A DNA stretch of 64,000 bases from Owenia fusiformis. Taxonomy: Eukaryota. Shown here one piece after another: positions 56,876 through 64,000 of the stretch. Within the stretch, counting starts at the first letter, position 1; each line of letters begins with the position of its first letter. Location: NCBI GenBank assembly GCA_903813345.2, contig CAIIXF020000001.1, positions 25,854,001 to 25,918,000 on the forward strand, written 5' to 3'. The position numbers and the translations under genes are program-made. The notes under the pieces were generated by a model that made no database searches, had not been told where the DNA came from, and saw only the letters and a program-made list of their open reading frames with translations.

Positions 56876-59800
56876 CTATCTATTGACCCAACGTTTCAAA
56901 CCATCTTCCCAGTCCGTGTTACCCCCCTCCTCATCATCAGTCCTGATATATGACTCTGCATCGGATACTAAATAGCCTTCATCATCTGTTGTAAAACGTT
57001 GTTGTAAATAAATCTCCTGAAAAGAAAATTTCAAAATCATTAGATTAAAGTTATAAACATGATCAGTGATCTCCCCAGGATTTTCTCCCCAAAATCATAA
57101 TTTTACCCGTTTTGGTCAAATACTTTGATATATCACCATGTTAACAGGGTGCAACATATTTTCAACAAGGTCGCAAGTTAGGTTTTCAGCCGAGTGCATC
57201 ACCTGATTGCTCTAGTGCTAGGGAGATAGTTCCCTAAGAACTGGATGAGTGAAAGTGGGGTAGGAGTAACTTGTGAAAATATCTGTTAGTTTAACAATTG
57301 TCAATTTCTGATGACAAAAATTGTCAATGCGATGCCAAAATATGACTACACGATTCTGATTCATTAATTACAATGGTTTCATACTTTTAGTCAAAACACA
57401 TAATATGATGTATATAATTTGAAATTTTAAGAAAGGTGGAGTAGAAAAATAATCGTGTTTTGTGAGTTAGGTCCCAAAAATTAATCCCTTTGATCCACCA
57501 TAAATTATTTTTCATACAAAGTTGTCCCATTCACCAATATCACTTACCCTAACTTTTGCATCATGTTTGAATATTTCTTGGTCTATTTCCTCAGACTGGA
57601 TATTAGTCTCATCATCTGTTTTTATATAAGAAGATTCCATATCTGTAGCTAGCAGTTCATCATCAGTCCTAGCATATGAATCTGCATCTCCATCTGTTGT
57701 TATATAACTGAAAAAACATGTGTATTATATTCATTAGGGCATCAAGAAATCCGAACTGTTTATATTCGTATATCTAGACTTATACATGTACTTTTTAATA
57801 CTGTATGCTTTTGATAATAAAGCATTGATTCAAAATGTTATTTTTGATGTGAGGCTAAAAAGCAATTGACCCGAAAAGATCCTTGTTTTCAGCAGAGATA
57901 ATCTTACAATAAGTTTACTTTTCAAATGTGCAAAAGGTTTTATTTAAATCTCAAGAATTCTTAATAACAGTTATTTGTTATTAATTTACTTCATGCACTT
58001 ACTGTTCTTGGTCAGTGTTGTTACCATTGGTTCGGCTATTTTTATTTTGTGAATTATTATTGAACTGTTTTCCTTGTCCCAGGCGTCTCTCTACTTCTGC
58101 CTGCCAGTCTTTCACCATACTGGACTCTTCCGTAACTGTAAAACATAATAGTAACAGCGATGTATGACAAAGTAAAATCAAAAGAAGTCAAAATAACACC
58201 AAAGTAAAAAAAACAATGTATGATAATGTAACATTCAACATGAGAGATAAAATAACAAGTGACAAAATGACATCAATGTAGGATAAATACAAAAACTAAT
58301 GTATGCTATTAAAATTAAAATCAACAATGCTTGAAGTTAATATCACATGTGGCATTCTTTTGAAAGAAATGAGAAACTGAAAAGGAGATTTTTCATCAAA
58401 ACTTGGGAATGCATTTGCAGATAAGGGACAGGTTTGGGCAAAAACTGGAGAAGTGATTTTCTTAAAGAAGTTGCGGAAGAACGAGTGATCTATCAAGATA
58501 TAAATGACAGGATGTAATGATACCTTAATGAATGAGGAAGAGTGTGTCTCTCTCTTGGGAACAAAAATGGGATATTAATGACCTAGGTACTACTCTAATG
58601 AATAAAATTATTAATATGTGTGGGCGACTCTAAGTTTTATGAACAATCAGTGAAGAAGACCTAAAATAACCAGGAAATTGCCTGTCGTGAGTATTATCAT
58701 ACGCTCATTAACACAACTGCAAAAATAGCTTTCCAATCTACCAAAATAACATAATTTGGTATTTTGATAAAATCAATGTTGTGATAACAATAGGCGCAAA
58801 TTCAATGTGGAATTCTCAATGATCTCTCAAGACTGGAACACAGTACATGTAATTCCCCTTGATAGATTCATATATTCTCCTATTACCCTTGAAGATCATA
58901 GATCAGGCAGTAATGGGCAACATTCATTAGAAGAGTTCAGAGGTAAGACGTTGATGATGATATATAGAGCTTGGAATTTCACTTATTATATCTCATTTGC
59001 AAATCTATGATATACTGTATCAGTTCACCTATTGGATGTCTTATGTTTCCACAAACATACAACTGTCTACAAATAAGTTGCGACTTCATTAAGGATATTT
59101 AAAGCTGTATCAAAAGGCTATCATTTACTATATTACGAATTAACAGGTCTGTATTTCCATCTGTGTACCCAAATGACTGAAAAGTGTATATGTATAGTGC
59201 CAGGACGAAGAAGAAAAGTCTTAGAGAGCAGGATTTTTAACTCGGCCTTTCACTTCTCTGAACATTTATATCAGTATGTATCACAAAGCAAGGACATTAT
59301 ATGTATATGTCCCAGTATATGTAAAGCCAGGACATTAGAAACAAGGAAACCCTTATATTGTCTAACTGAAGAATCATTGGCTCACCATTACTTAGCCTGG
59401 CCTCTATCTCATCCTCTTCTACTACAGCATCCTGGTCCTCCTCTCCTCCACTACTGTTTTCCTCCTCTGAAATAACATCACCATGATGATTTAAAAGTTG
59501 AATATTTTTGGGAAAAATCAGAATGTGTAATAGTATACATGTAGATTTATAAAGACTAGGATCACTCAATTATATTAATAAAAATTATATATGATCTCAG
59601 AGAGAAAAACTAATGAAGCTGTTCTTTTTTTTATTTATTTATTTATTAAAATCATATAAACATATATACATATCAGTGATAATGACACCCTAGTGGGTGT
59701 ATGTCTTATCACAAGCTAAAACATTTGAAAAATGGCATATTGTTAGTTACATTTATTATTGATGTTACAAAGTGTCTCAAAATGTAAATTATGTAAGCCA

Positions 59801-62445
59801 AACTGGGAAACAAATAAATATCTTAACAGATACTTCAAGGGCCTGTAGGGTCAATGATTCTAGCTCTTCGGCCATTTTTCTCAATATTTCTCTCAAAGCA
59901 GACCTAAGCTGATGTATTATAGAGATTATATTACAGATTATGCTAGAAATAGAAAACATAGACTAATAAATTTACTAAAAAATATTTCATCCAGAAAATA
60001 TTGCTTCGTTAGCCAATGGTTAGCCTGACAATGAAGGGTAAGAATTATTCATTGAAGCATTTCAGGATAAACCTCAACTTTATTGACTTAATTCCATAGA
60101 ATAAAAGCATTACTTTGTTCTAATCCCTACTGATGATATCTGAGTCATAAAGATGCCTGGGAATGATTTACATTGACCTTGCATATGGAGGTCCTGGTAT
60201 ATCTTTAACAATTAATTCAGAGGTAAAAACTGAGAGATATGATATATGACATAATAAAAGTGTACATTTTTCAAGGCATTACCATTGCGAACCTATTAGT
60301 ATTGTATGACACATCAAAAATAATAGTTGGCGATAGAATCATAATATATTTCTTAATTCTTCAAAATAATATACACAAAAAGAAAAACACAAATTAACGT
60401 TAATTATAAAAGCAATAGATTTTCTACAAGAAGGGATATACAGTGTATTTAATATTTTAGAAGGTATGTCAAGATATGAAATCACTCAAGAAATATTGAA
60501 ATATTCTAAAATTGTCTAGTAAGTAAAGGTGTCATGGATACCCGATTGTGTTCTGACCCACGGAATTATGCTCTTGGAACGGAATAAATATTCAGAATGT
60601 CGGGTCCGTTCCAGAACAAGAGCTTTTCGCTACCAAATAAACCTAGACGATCAACTGATTTTAATCTATACACGCAGTCACTATGTTCTGAACTGAACTG
60701 CTCTGAAATTCTTCCATTCCAAAGCAAAATGTTCCGAATCGAACCGTTTCTATTTTTTGTTGTTCCGTGACACCTCTAGTTTTAAGTACATGTACCTGAT
60801 TTTAATTCTTTGACAAGGCTGGACATGGCATTAGTGACAGAGTCTGCAGCTACTAGTAGGTCATTCCTGAGATTACGGGCATTACTGGTGCTCTGTTGGT
60901 TGAATGCTTGTGTGACATCACCTCCCACCCCCATCAGAGAGTCGCCAGGGGGGCTACTGGGGAGACTGCTCCTGGAGGGGGTGATAGCTGTGGGTGGGGA
61001 ATGTGCTGCCCTCGACCGTGGGCTACTATTGGGTGTAGATCGTGGCGAACCATGATTCTACAAATAACCAGAAACATTATTCTTTATTATCCTCGTTGTT
61101 ATTTTTAGTGAGATTAATAACACTCTTTATGTTGATATATAACACTTGTGGAGTGAGTCTCTCACATTTACTCTCAAACAATTTGACATTGATGATGTCA
61201 TAAATATTGCAAATCGTGTTACTGCAACTTTAAAAGCTATTAAAAGGGTGTAAATTGTGATGGTTGGGTTACCTTGAGGAGCTTCATTAAGCCCTCTAAC
61301 TGCACCATCAATTCTCGCCTACTCTCTTGCAGAGACGACATCCTCCCTTCCAACTCATCCTTCCTCTTTCGTAACAGCTGCAGCTCAGCCAATAGAGTCG
61401 GGTTCTGCTCCGTCAACGAGAGGCTCGGGCTTATTTTTCGTTGTGCTTCCTGCTCCTTGCGTAAGCGTTGAATTTCCAGCAGAATTTCTCTGTAGAAGAC
61501 AAAAACAGTGAAATGATTTGATTTGGCATTTTGGGTCTCACTTAAATTAAAAACAGGAAATGAAGATACAGAATGTCTAACCAAAAAAACAGAATCAAAA
61601 ACCTGTTCGTCTCCATTGATTTGTGGTATGCACTGAGATGTTTACCTGTCAGCAATCTGACATAATGTTCTGTTGATATAGTACTATAGTAATTACTTTT
61701 ATAAAAATGAATGGTTCTTTAATTAAAAACATGATTGGAGTTGCGTGTCAGTGGGATAATAATCAATAACATTGTGTGCAAAACACATATAATATACCAT
61801 AAACACTCATAATGGCCTTATAATGGGAGGTAAAGACAGTTTATAAGTAATGATAAATCTTACTAAAATTCTAAGTTCATGAATATTTAAGATAAAGAAA
61901 AATGAGATAACAAAATCAAGAAGATTTACTCAAGGTTCTTTGAGTGTTGAGTGCTAGGATCAATAGACTCAAATATCAATTCAGTGGCAAAGCAGATAAA
62001 AAGAGAAATTTGAGCGGATCATTTGGCTGATCAAATCACATTACATAATAAAGATGTATATAGATCCACAGTGGGATAACTCAGAAGAGATTTTGATAAC
62101 ATATGATGGATCTGTGAAAGTACTTTAATACCATTATTTGTGAAAATCATGTTTAACAAAGAAAAATGTTGAATCCTAAATATATTGATGGCCTATCTGT
62201 CATTGCATGTCTTTTACTTAGACTCCATTTTTAATTTGTGTGTACGATATTCAATGATTTGAGTTAGTTATGCTTTTTTATCATAGGAAATCCTTTTTAA
62301 GATAGTCATCCATCATACATGCAAGAAATCTCATAGGAAAACTGGCTTAAAACACTTACTTATTTTTAGCTTCAAGTTGGGCAATCAATTGTCTCTGTGC
62401 AGCACTGGCCTCCATTGAGAAACTCAGTTCCTTTGGGCTTCTAGA
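56876..62445 (-). CDS. DTNB: Dystrobrevin (DTNA/DTNB ortholog), 3' part; 7 exons visible
   Basis: Exons 62445-62360, 61489-61273, 61057-60796, 59466-59386, 58135-58003, 57707-57548, 57016-56876. Motifs: [90 protein letters not shown]. The gene continues beyond the window. The symbol is nominal because invertebrates usually have one dystrobrevin. Confidence 0.92.
60525..60777. mobile_element. Possible MITE
   Basis: taaaggtgtcatgga ... tccgtgacacctcta imperfect TIRs, with internal gttccg/cggaa repeats. Confidence 0.4.
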
Positions 62446-64000
62446 CTGAAAGTACAAAACAAACGTTTTAGATCATTGAATGATTGAACAAGTTACACTG
62501 ATACTAATGTTTATAACTGTTTCTGTTATAGCATATTATTATGGATATTTAGATCAATTTGATATAAGAACAATATAAAGATCAAGTAGTAACGAAAAAA
62601 ATGGAAAGGGGGGTAAGTTCAGTGTTTAGCACCAGCCTGCACCAGCATGCGATTAAATGTTTCAAAGATTTCCTGGAAAGTATATATTTTTCATCCCTTT
62701 TATTTTCTGTTTATATGTGTTATTCAATACAGTCAGCCATTAGCTGATTTGAACCAAACTAGATTAATAATTCATGTTTTGTCAACATGTATATTTATTA
62801 TTCTCCAATGTGATACAGTAAATGGATCTCTTGGTGATGCATCAAATCTTTCACTTACTTTACATCATAGATCAGGACGGATTAATTGAATATTGATGAC
62901 CTCTCAATTAATCTTCTTTCATACTTAATGAAATATACAAAATCAATCGAACCTTGGGTTTAATACACCCATGTTTTAATTGTCTTTCCCATATTATATT
63001 CCCATATTATTCTTACTGTTCTAAAATTTCTTTAGTATGAATTAACAATTTATGGATATGTAGGTTAAGATCATTTACTCTTAATGAATAATTCTGAGAC
63101 TAATATGACAAATGCTGACATTGCCTCTTTAATGTATTCGAAAATGTATTTTTTGATGTGAATCACTAGTTTATTAAAAATTGTGATTTATTTAGTCTAT
63201 CAAAAATTGAATGCCTTAAGAAACATGAAATAAAGGACACATGGCACATGTACTCACAAACTCTCATATAATAACACAATTTAAATTTTTTATGTCAAAG
63301 TTACTTACTCGAAAACTAAGAAAACTTTTGAAATGATAAAGACAGGTCAAATAGAGATTATTGATAGATTTAAAATGATATGCATATGGCTAAATACAAA
63401 TTGCAGGTTTTATTTGATGGATTGATGGACTGACACATAACCTATCTCATATGCTCCCAAAAACCATCGAGGACATAATAACGAAAAATAAATTTGATGA
63501 ACCAAACCAAAATATGGAGCTATTTTGATTTTTTCAAGAATCTTAATACAATTGTCAGAGTGACATAAGGTCCCACGAAGCATTGTTTAAAGCAGTTCAT
63601 CATACAGATCAGATCTGGCATGTTTAACCATGCAGCGCTATAGCATCAAACACAGGCTATGATATTGTCTAAAGAACCTGAAAACTTGACACATTATCTC
63701 AATACAAGCTCATTTTCCTGTCATATCCTATCGGCTTTGAACATCTAACATCATGCTTCGGTATTTTTCAAATCCAGCTACCATAGTAACCATTTTGGAT
63801 AAGAGCATTGCATTGATTCATAATACAAATGAATATGAACAGAAGGATCTTGAAACATCAAACATTATTAGACCTCTTAGATGTCAAGCTGCCTCAATAT
63901 TTGTATTTGTGAATTAACAAATATAATTTTCTTTTACTTCAGTATACTTTTATAATCTGAGAATAGAACTCTTAAAGCTATATAGGCAATTGCCAAAGAA

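Overview
AT-rich, intron-rich animal genomic DNA. The gene set and repeat types suggest a marine invertebrate, plausibly a lophotrochozoan (inference only). I could splice eight protein-coding genes by hand: the 3' part of ALDH8A1 (+), ERGIC3 (+), ROMO1 (-), FAM8A1 (-), CENP-W (-), DDX24 (+), a signal-peptide/GPI-type carboxylesterase (-) and the 3' part of dystrobrevin (-). RNA genes are an intact tRNA-Pro(CGG) and a U5 snRNA. The architecture is heavily nested. ROMO1 and the tRNA lie in one ERGIC3 intron, the carboxylesterase lies antisense inside a DDX24 intron, and CENP-W and DDX24 may interleave at their 5' ends. DDX24 carries a U12-type (minor spliceosome) intron. Introns hold many non-autonomous elements: TTAA-flanked MITEs (one carrying a tRNA-like sequence), a MITE with an 8-bp TSD, a Transib-like foldback with a 5-bp TSD, Helentron/pearl-like elements with internal satellite arrays, and a truncated LINE with TSDs. 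I see no evidence for a new multi-gene biochemical system. The notable points are gene architecture, splicing and transposon biology. All exon boundaries were derived manually and need RNA-seq confirmation.
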